DNA from: a virus
DNA length: 64,000 nucleotides
IMG/VR virus record: IMGVR_UViG_3300020474_000005
Location: 12,000-75,999 of that record
Direction: 5' to 3' (one strand)
In this document: piece by piece, positions 41,201 through 49,377 of the stretch
How positions within the stretch are numbered: position 1 is the stretch's first letter
Layout of the letters: the number at the start of each line of letters is the position of its first letter
Program-made: the position numbers and the translations under genes
The notes under the pieces: generated by a model
The model's input: only the letters and a program-made list of their open reading frames with translations
Databases searched by the model: none
Told to the model about the DNA's origin: nothing

Positions 41201-42271
41201 GCTTCCACAGGATTAGCACTTACAACTACAAAACAAACAGTGTTCCTATTAAGACTAGCACCGTCAGTATCCAACGCATTGACAGGTGACCTAGGAGATA
41301 GAGATCTACTTAACAGAGCCCAGTTGCTACTAGACGGTGTTGAGATTACAACTGACGTTCCAGCGGCGGGTGTAAACGGACAGTTGGTTGTACAGGGTGT
41401 ATTGAATCCACAAAACTATCCAATTGATCCAGCAGATATAGGTTGGGGTGACTTGAAAGGTCCAGCACAAGGTGGACAGCCAAGTTTTGCCCAGATTGCG
41501 GCAGGTGGTTCGGTTAACTGGAACGGTGGTGCATCGCAAACAACAGCGACAGCAAATACACAGGCACAGATGACTGCAACAGCAAACCACTGGTTCAACT
41601 TGAGTGGTAACAGAAACTATGCATACTTCCTTGAAGCACAATGGGAAGGCAAAGGTTTAAGAGTAGGTATGGCAGTATCTTCCGGACAGTTCCCTTCAGG
41701 TACAGTTGTTACACAGATTATTGACTACAACTCATACTACTTTGTAAGATTCAGTAATAGACACACAGGAATAAGTTCAAATCAAGCAGTGACATTTACA
41801 CTTGGTGGTGATCTATCCGGTACTAACTTCTTGTACATGGATCAAACAACGTGGGAGGCTTCTAACGCAGTTAGCGGTACAGAAGTTGATGTAAGTTACG
41901 CTACTTTCCCACCAGGTACAACAGTGGCATCAGTTGACTCATTAGATACATTTGGAACAACTGACTTCTACAGAGTTACGTTCACACAGACGTCGACGGG
42001 TAATATTGCGGCGGGTGATGCAATTACATTTACATTTGGACAACCACCATATGCACAACCGGGTGAAACAATCTTTTCATTCATTGGGGTACCGGGTGAA
42101 AGAGCAACATTGGCTCTTAGCGCCATTAAAGCCTTAACTAACACAACACTAGGTGGACGTGGTACGTTCCCTAATGGTCCAGACGTGTTGGCTATCAACG
42201 TATTTAGAACAGCGGGAACGGGTTCTGTTGCAGGAACAGTTACACTGCGTTGGTCAGAAGCACAGGCTTAA
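35261..42271 (+). CDS. giant virion structural protein (2336 aa) with about 8 Gly/Thr-rich repeats
   Basis: Repeat G..Y..GD.i.i.G..LGG.TPAND.T.V; also DADFEYGLQPTKW and lectin-like WYGAG segments. Confidence 0.75.
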   Translation: MAKKRINDYKFIPGIPSTGNLYPNAWAQLNANFEFLKDEATAFIASRVTTDTAYNPYPNASARIVNNLNYIKAEVAKYVENQVAGNVAPFAGYTGLSANIKADVEKVVNAAYKDTRYGGNERMRTQSNTYYIDGVLQLGDQGNPEIQYLTYARTLIDSYILPGVANSTINTEGISQNTSGSNGEAAGRTLMKSNMDVIINAIDNGILTLPAEVISSYPFADYTYDSYLCERDMGYNLTGILKDLRYGGNEQSRYNAGTYWNGEVSVLTGNRQPEIQTKNEIKSIINNYIFPGTAFSSRQSPVVTQQTILGSAGESAASTRVTSLFGIITDVIQNGLDNLPAQVSNGISSVKIPERVELAELLLITNTTDNTVLYTFNDATQGATVSYKREYETGTSNTTAFVDPDFPKAYHGNDVITTIFLNADTSADASTDEIQIFVEDDEVRTRPHDFGTDAIERLRVAQPESMLDADFEYGLQPTKWQAIATQRGYPSIYEVPGTDFDIATVTSDASAGTQGIGSSLITVTTVGPHNFEAGQPFTITGFNNAVSGSSRAAGSFVVNTIVSNTQFTYYAKAKVAVANPTTISTTNTQLREGDFYTGAAIGFPSFSVASNGSSGTFTTTISALSGASILPYTGTTPPIGAPLSGTGIQTGTQVTGANGSGGSLASPNVTGDFLSGVTEITVASSAGIVQNSVIDRGDGYAVAITNIAGNNLTLSGPLTQNLIGDITQYTGLAGVNYNPAGQLATFDITRNGGNYSVVIAGSGQDYTVGDAIVVAGTTLGGSTPANDATVLVESVDTGGEILTATISGSAFTGSGSTTGTPAVFQGGLGQGAQLNVTKTNQSYTVALNSPTYTGTAVGTFPGAAGSSATFDVVATAGSYSASVNGAGTGYIVNDVIRIDGSTFGGTSANHANIRVTAVTGGGAIQTLSVLGTAPAQTVTYNTVAFTGGNGSSAAFNITRTGTTYSAAITNLGSNYQQNDILTFVGTNLGGATTANDAALEVTAVDGNGGILTFNVTGTAVDTKSYTAISSGTNLSGVDATFDVAISGTSYSVSVNQAGSDYSVGQDLKILGTSLGGTTPANDLTITVASITGSTGAGPINTISTSGTAALEGTNGYKVGDRFLVGGGDVGGVATTNDAYVAVSGVNGTGGITGVTISGTATDANVDYTSPAYTTSASGTGAVFDINRTGTTYTATFSNNGSSFVGAETIDIAGTALGGTSPANDCQITVDTVSAGAVATFTVTGTAVNTQVYNNVNKAGITGTGLSVNVTLNSGSYNVALNNPGANYAVDQTFKIAGTDLFGTSPTNDLTFTITAVNNIPSGVVTTIGSVAGTANTGTGNSLGVSGTNRTPSGVGAQFSATRSNQTDSSTAYTEVTITSLGSNYAIGDKLVIAGTSLGGQTPANDITLRVQSVNTTGGILTQTHSGTAVAGTGLSVYGSISISETISQNIAQNSTISYSALATIQVDFTTPHGLVPGNAFLIVIQSDDGANNHILASGPFLATAIPSSTRLQYQVRSPGAITDSGWQGFVYARPDSFFIHRPFDGGVQLGTGGPSHGAQAIRQSKKYIRYQSGKGCMYTTGALFAPSYDLLTVTADGLAQGSTITVTTDDVDHNLQVGARIRLIGIATSGYDGTYTIASIVNERTFTVLATIALGGTTAEFTDQPQVSLYQWNGATVRSGIFDDQNGIYWEYDGQTTNAVQRTATRQLAGVVTVTPNSNTVSGTGTRFREQVKAGDRIVIRGMTHVISSVASNTSMFVTPDYRGVNTSTGVKVCAVVDKKAKQSEFNRDKMDGNSKSGYNWDVSKMQMIGIQFSWYGAGFIDWMARGQKGDFIFAHRMRNSNINTEAFMRTGNQPVRYEVTNEGPNGRLELDMTTVQTTVQLVDASFFPSTGGTIFIDNEIITYTGKTGDVLTGATRAATLTNFNAGATRNYTAGAATTHFRNTGVVLISNTASPIISHWGSAYLTDGNFDEDRGYLFSYASTGLALTTTKQTVFLLRLAPSVSNALTGDLGDRDLLNRAQLLLDGVEITTDVPAAGVNGQLVVQGVLNPQNYPIDPADIGWGDLKGPAQGGQPSFAQIAAGGSVNWNGGASQTTATANTQAQMTATANHWFNLSGNRNYAYFLEAQWEGKGLRVGMAVSSGQFPSGTVVTQIIDYNSYYFVRFSNRHTGISSNQAVTFTLGGDLSGTNFLYMDQTTWEASNAVSGTEVDVSYATFPPGTTVASVDSLDTFGTTDFYRVTFTQTSTGNIAAGDAITFTFGQPPYAQPGETIFSFIGVPGERATLALSAIKALTNTTLGGRGTFPNGPDVLAINVFRTAGTGSVAGTVTLRWSEAQA

Positions 42272-42661
42272 TTATTTTTCTTCAGTAACGGTAGTTTGTT
42301 GATTATCGCCTTTAATTATGCGATAATTGTCATTGGGATCATCAGCAGTACTAACTTCAGTAATACTTCCATTGTCAGTAAGACATTGTACTTGATGAGG
42401 TAGGAACGGCGGATTACGCCATGTGTCGCCTTCATTTAATTCTTTGGTATATAATGTTGCATCTTTGGTATCTATCCAACTTAATAAAAATTTACCGTTG
42501 TTTATAAACCATGATTCATCTTTTACAGCGTGATAGTGCATTGAAAATTTTGCACCTTTTCTATTGAAAACCATTATTTTTCCACAATATAAATCATTGG
42601 AAGCAAAGATTAATTCATATCCCCAACCTTTGTCTATTTTTCCTTCTTTATTAATTGACAT
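42272..42661 (-). CDS. cupin, sugar isomerase-like
   Basis: KGWGYE...YCGK...SMHYH..KDESW...G...H..C...EVS cupin metal motif. Confidence 0.75.
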   Translation of the reverse strand: MSINKEGKIDKGWGYELIFASNDLYCGKIMVFNRKGAKFSMHYHAVKDESWFINNGKFLLSWIDTKDATLYTKELNEGDTWRNPPFLPHQVQCLTDNGSITEVSTADDPNDNYRIIKGDNQQTTVTEEK

Positions 42662-43469
42662 TTAAGAATTCCTCCACTGTTCTAAATTTGTGTTCTATAT
42701 TTTTATTTAATTCTGTTAAATCTGCACTGGTGTAGGTCTGATATTGACCTTGTAATTTTGCAGGCATGGGTATTGTTTCTATTTGTGCGTCATATTTTTT
42801 GGCAACAAGTTCTGCAACTTTTTGAAAAGATATTGGTGCTCCTGTGCCAACATTGAATATACCAGAAACATCAGCATTAAGCATTTTTCCATGTACCTCA
42901 CAGACATCATCTACACTAACAAAATCACGTAGATACTTGTCACTGTTTTCAAACAATTTTATTTTGCCAGTCTTTGCTTGATTGGCAAATTTAGTTACAG
43001 GAGATGCTTGATCGCCTTTCTTTTCTTCGTTGTGTCCATACACATTAAAATATCTAAATCCTTGTACAAGCACTTTAAATTCTCCCATTACAGAATTAAC
43101 AAATCTATCAAATAGGTATTTGCTCCAAGCATAAGCATTTAATGGATACACGTCACCATCTTCCTTGAAATTTCCTGTGTTCCCATACACACTTGCGGAA
43201 CTGGCATACTGAAAATTTGTACCCATGTTGTCGCACATTTCCAAAAGTTTCATGCTGTATTCTAAATTCGTTTTCATGATTTTATCAACGTCTCTTTCAG
43301 TTGTGCTTGTGATTGCTCCTAGATGTATGATCCAATCATACAAAGACGGATCCGGAAAATGATTATAATCTTCCCATCTAAAGCCGATGACTTCATGCCC
43401 TTGTTTTGTAAGATGCATTCCTAAATGATCTCCGATAAATCCTTTGTAACCTGTTAAGCAAATTTTCAT
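42651..43469 (-). CDS. hldD: ADP-L-glycero-D-manno-heptose 6-epimerase
   Basis: GYKGFIG, HLGAITSTT, YASSASVYG, PLNAYAWSK, RYFNVYG, RDFVSVDD and YQTYTSAD. Confidence 0.9.
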   Translation of the reverse strand: MKICLTGYKGFIGDHLGMHLTKQGHEVIGFRWEDYNHFPDPSLYDWIIHLGAITSTTERDVDKIMKTNLEYSMKLLEMCDNMGTNFQYASSASVYGNTGNFKEDGDVYPLNAYAWSKYLFDRFVNSVMGEFKVLVQGFRYFNVYGHNEEKKGDQASPVTKFANQAKTGKIKLFENSDKYLRDFVSVDDVCEVHGKMLNADVSGIFNVGTGAPISFQKVAELVAKKYDAQIETIPMPAKLQGQYQTYTSADLTELNKNIEHKFRTVEEFLNVN

Positions 43470-44071
43470 TTAACATTCTCCCACAATTTTATAATTTTAT
43501 CAGCGCCTTCTGGTCTTATGTCTTTAGTAAGTTCATCGTGCCAGTTGGTCAAGTAGTTCATGTTTATGTTAATCCTGCTTCTTTTATCTGTACAAGTCGT
43601 GCCTGTGTGTTCCATGTAACTTGGAAATACCACCATTGAATTTTCTACACTAGGAACTTTTGTGCCATCTTTAAATTCAGTGTAACCATCTGTTGTGTTT
43701 ACATAATAAATTGCGGTGTAACTTAATGCCACTCTTGTATCTGCATGGAATCCATGCTTAATAATTTTTTCTGTTCTTGGTATGTTGTTTGCTTTTACTC
43801 TAATAAAAGTATTTGCTTTCAATACATTAAAGATTGGATAAAGCATTACCCAATTACTGTGTTCAGTGGTCACATCGGAAACTCCATGAAAGTTGTGTTG
43901 AAACTGTAATTGTTCTTTTTCCTCAGTCATTTTTTGTGCATCTTCAACAACGTGTTCCGAGTAATACCAAGGAAAATGATCACTTAACATTTTGTCCGTA
44001 AGTATCTTAAATTCTTCTTTTTGAATTACATTGGTGCAAATTAATTTGCCTTTTTCAATTCTTGTTTCCAT
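43466..44071 (-). CDS. 2OG-Fe(II) oxygenase, phage type
   Basis: HAD...TAIYYVN..DGYTEF...VFPS...HTG......RININ (HxD...H...R). Confidence 0.8.
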   Translation of the reverse strand: METRIEKGKLICTNVIQKEEFKILTDKMLSDHFPWYYSEHVVEDAQKMTEEKEQLQFQHNFHGVSDVTTEHSNWVMLYPIFNVLKANTFIRVKANNIPRTEKIIKHGFHADTRVALSYTAIYYVNTTDGYTEFKDGTKVPSVENSMVVFPSYMEHTGTTCTDKRSRININMNYLTNWHDELTKDIRPEGADKIIKLWENVK

Positions 44072-45308
44072 TAACCTTGTCCACTATGTTTGATGTTGAA
44101 AAACCTTCTACTGTTGGAAATATTATCACTTCGGCAAGGTCATTTCCGACCACTGTGTCGAACGTGTAATCTCCACCTTTTACAATCACGTTTGGTGTAT
44201 GTTCTTTTAATGCATCTATGGGAGTATCTTGTTCAAATACAACCACTTGGTCCACCCAGGGCAGTTGTAATAGTTGTTGTTCTCTTGCCCAAGCATTATT
44301 GAATGGTCTATCGTCACCCTTTAATCTTTTTACACTTGCATCAGAATTAATTCCAACAATTAATCTATCTCCTTGCTGTTTCGCAAATTTTAATAATTCT
44401 AAATGTCCTTTATGCAGAATATCAAAAACGCCATTTGTCCATACCACTGTGTCTTCAATATCTGATCTATCTATTATAGATACTCCTCTTTTTTGCACAA
44501 TTTTTTCTGCACCTTTAACTGCTAATTCACAACAAGCAATCATATTGTTGGTTTTAAAATAATGTGCAATTATGGCAAGTACAGAATCACCTGCACCACT
44601 TACATCTGCAACTTCAACAGTATTGCTTTTAATATGATCATAAGAATCTTTAGTGACTACGTGTATACCGTTCGCTCCATCAGTTACAACAAGCCATGTC
44701 CATACATTATCTTCACACATTTTTTTAGCAGTTTCAATATTAAAATTACCAAACCATGCTTCATATTCTTTCATATTTGGTTTGACTAAAAATGCACCAA
44801 CGTATCTACTAAATCCTTGTTTTGGATCCACATATACATTCTTACATTTTTCTAAAATTTTCGTTATTGTATCTTTTTTGATTACTCCTTTGTTGTAATC
44901 ACTTACAATTACCACATCGGTTTCATTTAAATTTTCAAGCAGTATTTCAACAGGAGTATCTGCCTTATATTTCTCCTCCTTGTCCACACGAATAAGGTGT
45001 TGTCCGTTCTGTCCTATGATTCTAGTTTTGGTAGTTGTCATTTCACCATCTTGGCACAGATGCGACTTTACTCCATTTTGCAGTAAAATTTCTTGGATTT
45101 TGTGTCCGGGGATGTCGTTGCCCACGGCACCATAAAGCCACGTGTCTGTGCCCAAGTTTGATAGGTTTAACGCTAGGTTTCCAGCGCCTCCAACATTGAA
45201 ATCTTTGTTTGTTTCTTTAACTACAAGCACCGGTGCTTCTGGACTCACTTTTTGGCAATCGCCCTGTGTCCACATATCAAGCATTACATCACCGATGATT
45301 TTAATCAT
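44055..45308 (-). CDS. hldE: bifunctional heptose-7-phosphate kinase / heptose-1-phosphate adenylyltransferase
   Basis: IGDVMLD, SPEAPV, GGAGN, SDYNKG, VDPK, KPN..E and DVSGAGD, followed by NGVFDILHKGH, NSDASVKRLKG..RP and KGGDY. Confidence 0.93.
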   Translation of the reverse strand: MIKIIGDVMLDMWTQGDCQKVSPEAPVLVVKETNKDFNVGGAGNLALNLSNLGTDTWLYGAVGNDIPGHKIQEILLQNGVKSHLCQDGEMTTTKTRIIGQNGQHLIRVDKEEKYKADTPVEILLENLNETDVVIVSDYNKGVIKKDTITKILEKCKNVYVDPKQGFSRYVGAFLVKPNMKEYEAWFGNFNIETAKKMCEDNVWTWLVVTDGANGIHVVTKDSYDHIKSNTVEVADVSGAGDSVLAIIAHYFKTNNMIACCELAVKGAEKIVQKRGVSIIDRSDIEDTVVWTNGVFDILHKGHLELLKFAKQQGDRLIVGINSDASVKRLKGDDRPFNNAWAREQQLLQLPWVDQVVVFEQDTPIDALKEHTPNVIVKGGDYTFDTVVGNDLAEVIIFPTVEGFSTSNIVDKVNGNKN

Positions 45309-45736
45309 TACATTAATTTTAACATTTTGAACACAGTATCTAATTTGACCTGGTTCATTTTATTTTGAAGAGTCTTACGTAAACCTTGGTGTAATGGCTT
45401 GGGCCAATTACCAAAACTTACCCACGCATATCCATCGTGTTCTGTGTTTAATTTTGGAATAAATTCTTTCTCTACAACACACAAGAAAGTGTGATATAAA
45501 AAATTTTCATCATTGCTTATAAAAGTTTCCATAGGTATTTTCTTTTTTATTTCTACTTCACCTACTTCCTCTTTAATCTCTCTATGTAGTCCTTCCCATA
45601 AATTTTCATCTACGGTTGTGCCACCTACTAATCCCCATACGTGATTTTGTTTGCTCTGCACTCTATGAAGTACTAAAAACCTTTGGGTATCCAAAGTATA
45701 GAAGAGTGCACCGCACCCTATAATTTTACTGCTCAT
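45308..45736 (-). CDS. NUDIX hydrolase
   Basis: Nudix box G-x5-E-x7-REIKEEVG. Confidence 0.85.
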   Translation of the reverse strand: MSSKIIGCGALFYTLDTQRFLVLHRVQSKQNHVWGLVGGTTVDENLWEGLHREIKEEVGEVEIKKKIPMETFISNDENFLYHTFLCVVEKEFIPKLNTEHDGYAWVSFGNWPKPLHQGLRKTLQNKMNQVKLDTVFKMLKLM

Positions 45737-45752
45737 GTTAATAATTATGTGA

Positions 45753-47210
45753 TTAAGAGATCTTCCAGGTTCCTTTACGATATTCGCCTTCGAAACTTAA
45801 TATCCATTCACTACCATTCCATTTATATTGGATACCAGTTTTTAAATTGGTAATGTATGTTGGTGTAAATGTGCTATCACCTGGATCAGGATTTGTACTT
45901 GCGTCAAATATTATTTGCCAATTTGCACCATTCCATTCTACAATGTCATTGGCACTTGCAATTAAATCTACATTGCTGTTGCTTTTCCAAGCATCTGCAC
46001 CATCTGTGTTTTGTGAACTACCAATATCTTTTAGTAGCAATACACGTTTTCCATTTTGTTTAATTGCACTTGGATTAAATGTTGTAGGATCAACAATAAA
46101 GTCTACACTACCTCTTGTATCTTGAGGTCCTACTATTACTGTGTCTGTAGGTATTGTGTCCATGTCCCACGTGACCAATAATTGCATAGGATTAGATTCG
46201 TTCAATGCAATAGTTCCTACTACAGGCACATCTATACCTTCTCTGTTCAATTGTATTTTACTTAAACCTGCTTTGTAATTTAACAACACATCTAAATATC
46301 CGTTCCATGCTAATCCGCCTATCACGCCTTTGTCAATTATAGATGCTGTTTGTCCTAGGACGTAGATATCGAATTGTGTTCCTGTTGTGCCTTGTACACT
46401 AGCAGTATCTTTACGCGAAGCAACGCTTGTATCGACGCTACCATCAGCATTTGTTCTGATTGACGCTTTAATACTTTTGTCATAGTCATCTTGATATGCC
46501 ATTAGTTCTGGCATAGATTGACTTAGGTCTATGTTCCCAGTCTTTTCGTTGAATATACTTGTAATAATATGAGTAATCACTCCTAATTTTTTTACTTTGG
46601 TTGGTGGACTAATGAATATAGGCATACTGAAAGTTAATGTTGCCACGTCCACTTCTGTTTCTGTACCAACAGGAATAGACCTGCTAGAAAAATTTATATT
46701 GTCTAATTCAACTACACTCAAACTTGTCCAGTCTATATAATTGTCAGTGGTTTGAATTTCTAAACTTGGATTGAATAACATACAAATTTGTTCTATTATT
46801 TGTAATTTTTGTTCTGTATTGCTTGACCAAATATCACAGTTCACTGTTAATGTGTATGGAGTTGGCATCAGTCTTTCAACTGTAACATTTTTTCCTTGCG
46901 TGTTTAGGTATTCTTTGCCTGTTGCATCGTAGGAACGTTCTCTTAAATGTACTTTACTAATAAAACTTGCATCAGATAATCTTGTTCTATCCATTTGCAA
47001 GTTGGTAATGTATATTCCCATTCTAGGAATGCTTGGCAATTTATTTTCGGAATTATCTCTGATTATGTGTGCAACTTGACGTGTCATATCACCATACATT
47101 ACAGGGATAGTTCTTAATGCATCATCACCATCTTTGTAAGAAAAATTACTCATCAATCTAATGATCTGAGTAATATATCTTCTAACCTGTCCGTCGTAAA
47201 AATGTTGCAT
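45753..47210 (-). CDS. gp15: T4 gp15-like tail completion / sheath stabiliser with C-terminal extension
   Basis: N-terminal HFYDGQVRRY, IPVMYG, PTPY.L...IW...QIIEQI..LFNP. Confidence 0.7.
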   Translation of the reverse strand: MQHFYDGQVRRYITQIIRLMSNFSYKDGDDALRTIPVMYGDMTRQVAHIIRDNSENKLPSIPRMGIYITNLQMDRTRLSDASFISKVHLRERSYDATGKEYLNTQGKNVTVERLMPTPYTLTVNCDIWSSNTEQKLQIIEQICMLFNPSLEIQTTDNYIDWTSLSVVELDNINFSSRSIPVGTETEVDVATLTFSMPIFISPPTKVKKLGVITHIITSIFNEKTGNIDLSQSMPELMAYQDDYDKSIKASIRTNADGSVDTSVASRKDTASVQGTTGTQFDIYVLGQTASIIDKGVIGGLAWNGYLDVLLNYKAGLSKIQLNREGIDVPVVGTIALNESNPMQLLVTWDMDTIPTDTVIVGPQDTRGSVDFIVDPTTFNPSAIKQNGKRVLLLKDIGSSQNTDGADAWKSNSNVDLIASANDIVEWNGANWQIIFDASTNPDPGDSTFTPTYITNLKTGIQYKWNGSEWILSFEGEYRKGTWKIS

Positions 47211-47362
47211 TATTTTTTCTCTTTATTCTTTTCATTAATCTTGTTACCAACAGGTTCGTAATAAGTTCTTACTTTACCCATTAATTTTTTTGAAACTTTT
47301 TTAAGTCCAACTGCTTTTTCTGTACCTGGTATAGGTATTCCCCAAAGTTCTCTTAATCTCAT
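47210..47362 (-). CDS. small basic protein (50 aa), not in the ORF track
   Basis: MRLRELWGIPIPGTEKAVGLKKVSKKLMGKVRTYYEPVGNKINEKNKEKK; TAATG overlaps at both ends. Confidence 0.7.
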   Translation of the reverse strand: MRLRELWGIPIPGTEKAVGLKKVSKKLMGKVRTYYEPVGNKINEKNKEKK

Positions 47363-48519
47363 TATCCGTCCGCCTTAGGTTTAAGTGCTTTTGATAGACT
47401 TTGTCTTTCTGTAACAGTTTCACCAGCAATAGATGATGTTTTTGTGTTATTAACGAAAGTACCTTTCAAGTTGCTTCTTGTATCTGTGTTAGATAATGTC
47501 ATACGCACATTGTCTTCCATTTTAATCCAACGTCCACCATCGTATCTAAACAATCTATTAGGTAAAAAATCTGTTCTTAAGAAATAATCACCTTTGTCTG
47601 AAGCACTCGGAAAACTAATTCCAAATCCAAATACTTCTCCGTTAGGTGCAAGTCCGTCTCCTAATAGATAACCATCATAACCTGATTTACTAGGCGTTTG
47701 ATTAATTCTGTCTGTTAAGGTATTGTGTGTTGTTGTATCTAAAGTAGAAGTATCTGTTGTTACTAGTTCAGGCTTACCTTTGTCATCTACTTGTAAGGTA
47801 TATAAATTTGTTGTATCGTAACCTGCTTTTTTAGTATTTGCTTCTGCTTGAGCAACAACGGCATTGTTAATTTGCATTTCTTTTTCGTAAGTTGAAAGCA
47901 CATCACGTAAAGTTTTTCCATCTCCAGCACCAGCGTCTTTTTGTAGTATTTCTTTGAACTCTTGACTGTCGTAAATTTGTTTTAATTTTACTCTATACAA
48001 GTGTGGATACCATGTTGCCGAAAATCCTTCAGCGGCTCTGTTGACATCTTCCACAACATAAAACCTTTTCAATGCTACATTAAAATCATTTAAAGCATAT
48101 TCGTCTTTAAGATGTGGTAATTCAAATACATCACCTGGCATCACCTTTCTACCCAATACTTTCACACTAGAAGTTATAGGTATGGTCATGAATAAAGTGT
48201 CGTTCTGTAAAAATAAACCAAATTGACTCATATCAAAGTCAATATCTTGCACGTTGTAAATGCCTCTTAAATTATAAATTGATGAATCATATTTTCTATC
48301 GCGGTTTTCTAAAAACAGCATATCTTGAATATTTGTTTCTTTTACTGAATCGTACCTAGGTTCATCAGATGTGGCATCTGCTTCAGCAGGATTTTTAGGT
48401 CCTAAATATTTGTGGACAAAAACGTCTGTTCCACCCACAGTAAACATCTCTACTACGGTCTTATCTAAAAACGTGTAATCCTGACCTTTTTCCGGCTTAT
48501 ATAGACTTAATCTAGGCAT
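47362..48519 (-). CDS. gp14: T4 gp14-like neck protein, extended
   Basis: Start MPRLSLY at 48519 (or 48525); IQDMLFLENRDRKY, SQFGLFL and PGDVFELP; adjacent to gp13-like and gp15-like genes. Confidence 0.6.
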   Translation of the reverse strand: MPRLSLYKPEKGQDYTFLDKTVVEMFTVGGTDVFVHKYLGPKNPAEADATSDEPRYDSVKETNIQDMLFLENRDRKYDSSIYNLRGIYNVQDIDFDMSQFGLFLQNDTLFMTIPITSSVKVLGRKVMPGDVFELPHLKDEYALNDFNVALKRFYVVEDVNRAAEGFSATWYPHLYRVKLKQIYDSQEFKEILQKDAGAGDGKTLRDVLSTYEKEMQINNAVVAQAEANTKKAGYDTTNLYTLQVDDKGKPELVTTDTSTLDTTTHNTLTDRINQTPSKSGYDGYLLGDGLAPNGEVFGFGISFPSASDKGDYFLRTDFLPNRLFRYDGGRWIKMEDNVRMTLSNTDTRSNLKGTFVNNTKTSSIAGETVTERQSLSKALKPKADG

Positions 48520-48521
48520 AG

Positions 48522-48561
48522 ACATATATTTATCGGATGGTGGTGAGTGATAAATATATGT
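48522..48561. promoter_or_regulatory. divergent late promoter pair forming a perfect 13-bp inverted repeat
   Basis: ACATATATTTATC-N14-GATAAATATATGT. Confidence 0.75.
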
Positions 48562-48575
48562 AAGGAACGTATTAA

Positions 48576-49334
48576 ATGGCAAATTTAACCACAGAAAAAC
48601 AAGAGATATTCGACTACGTATTCAATTCGCTGGGTGGCGGAATGGTAGATGTAGAGTTGGATCCTGCCCACTATGAGACCGCTGTAAAGGATGCCTTAGA
48701 TAGATTCAGACAGAGATCGGACAATGCAGTAGAAGAAAGTTACATATTTTTACCATTAGTGCAAGATCAGAATGATTATACACTTGCTGATGAGATAATT
48801 GAAGTAAGACAAATTTTCAGAAGAAGCATTGGTTCTAGATCAGGTGGTGGAGACGGTGGTACACTATTTGAACCATTCAATCTTGCCTACACAAACACTT
48901 ACCTATTAGCAAGTTCTAATATGGGTGGTGTTGCAACTTACAATATGTTCTCGCAGTTCCAAGAATTGGTTGGAAGAATGTTTGGTTCTTTCATAGAATT
49001 TAAATGGAACACCACAACTAAAAAATTAACAATCCTACAAAGACCAAGACAGGGTGAAGAAGTTTTGATGTATGTCTATATGTACAGACCAGATACGGAA
49101 CTATTCAAAGACTATTTGGCAAAAAAATGGATTAAAGATTACACTTTGGCAAAGTGCAAATTTATGCTTGGCGAAGCCAGAAGCAAATTTAACACAATAG
49201 CAGGACCACAAGGCGGAACCACATTAAATGGTGACGCACTTAAACAAGAAGCACTTGCAGAAATGGAACGTTTGGATGCAGAAGTCAAAACTCAAACTGC
49301 TGGTGGTCAAGGTTACAGTTTCTTAATCGGCTAA
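48576..49334 (+). CDS. gp13: T4 gp13-like neck protein
   Basis: LGGGMVDVEL, AL..FRQ, WIKDY.LA..K..LG..R.KF and GG.TLNG. Confidence 0.8.
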   Translation: MANLTTEKQEIFDYVFNSLGGGMVDVELDPAHYETAVKDALDRFRQRSDNAVEESYIFLPLVQDQNDYTLADEIIEVRQIFRRSIGSRSGGGDGGTLFEPFNLAYTNTYLLASSNMGGVATYNMFSQFQELVGRMFGSFIEFKWNTTTKKLTILQRPRQGEEVLMYVYMYRPDTELFKDYLAKKWIKDYTLAKCKFMLGEARSKFNTIAGPQGGTTLNGDALKQEALAEMERLDAEVKTQTAGGQGYSFLIG

Positions 49335-49340
49335 TTCCTA

Positions 49341-49369
49341 TTGACATTACCGTAATTTTGTTGTATTAT
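49341..49369 (+). promoter_or_regulatory. sigma70-type promoter TTGACA-N17-TATTAT
   Basis: Perfect -35, 17-nt spacer, 5/6 match at -10; 8 nt before ATG 49378. Confidence 0.75.
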
Positions 49370-49377
49370 CGTAAGAT

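Noticed and set aside
2170-42271. Diversity-generating retroelement acting on fibre genes
   Set aside because: No reverse transcriptase and no near-identical template/variable repeat pair differing at adenines was seen.
48520-48582. Track start sites at 48582, 6319, 59464, 50922 and 818
   Set aside because: Downstream ATGs (48519, 6340, 59560, 50916, 821) fit promoter, RBS and paralog evidence better.
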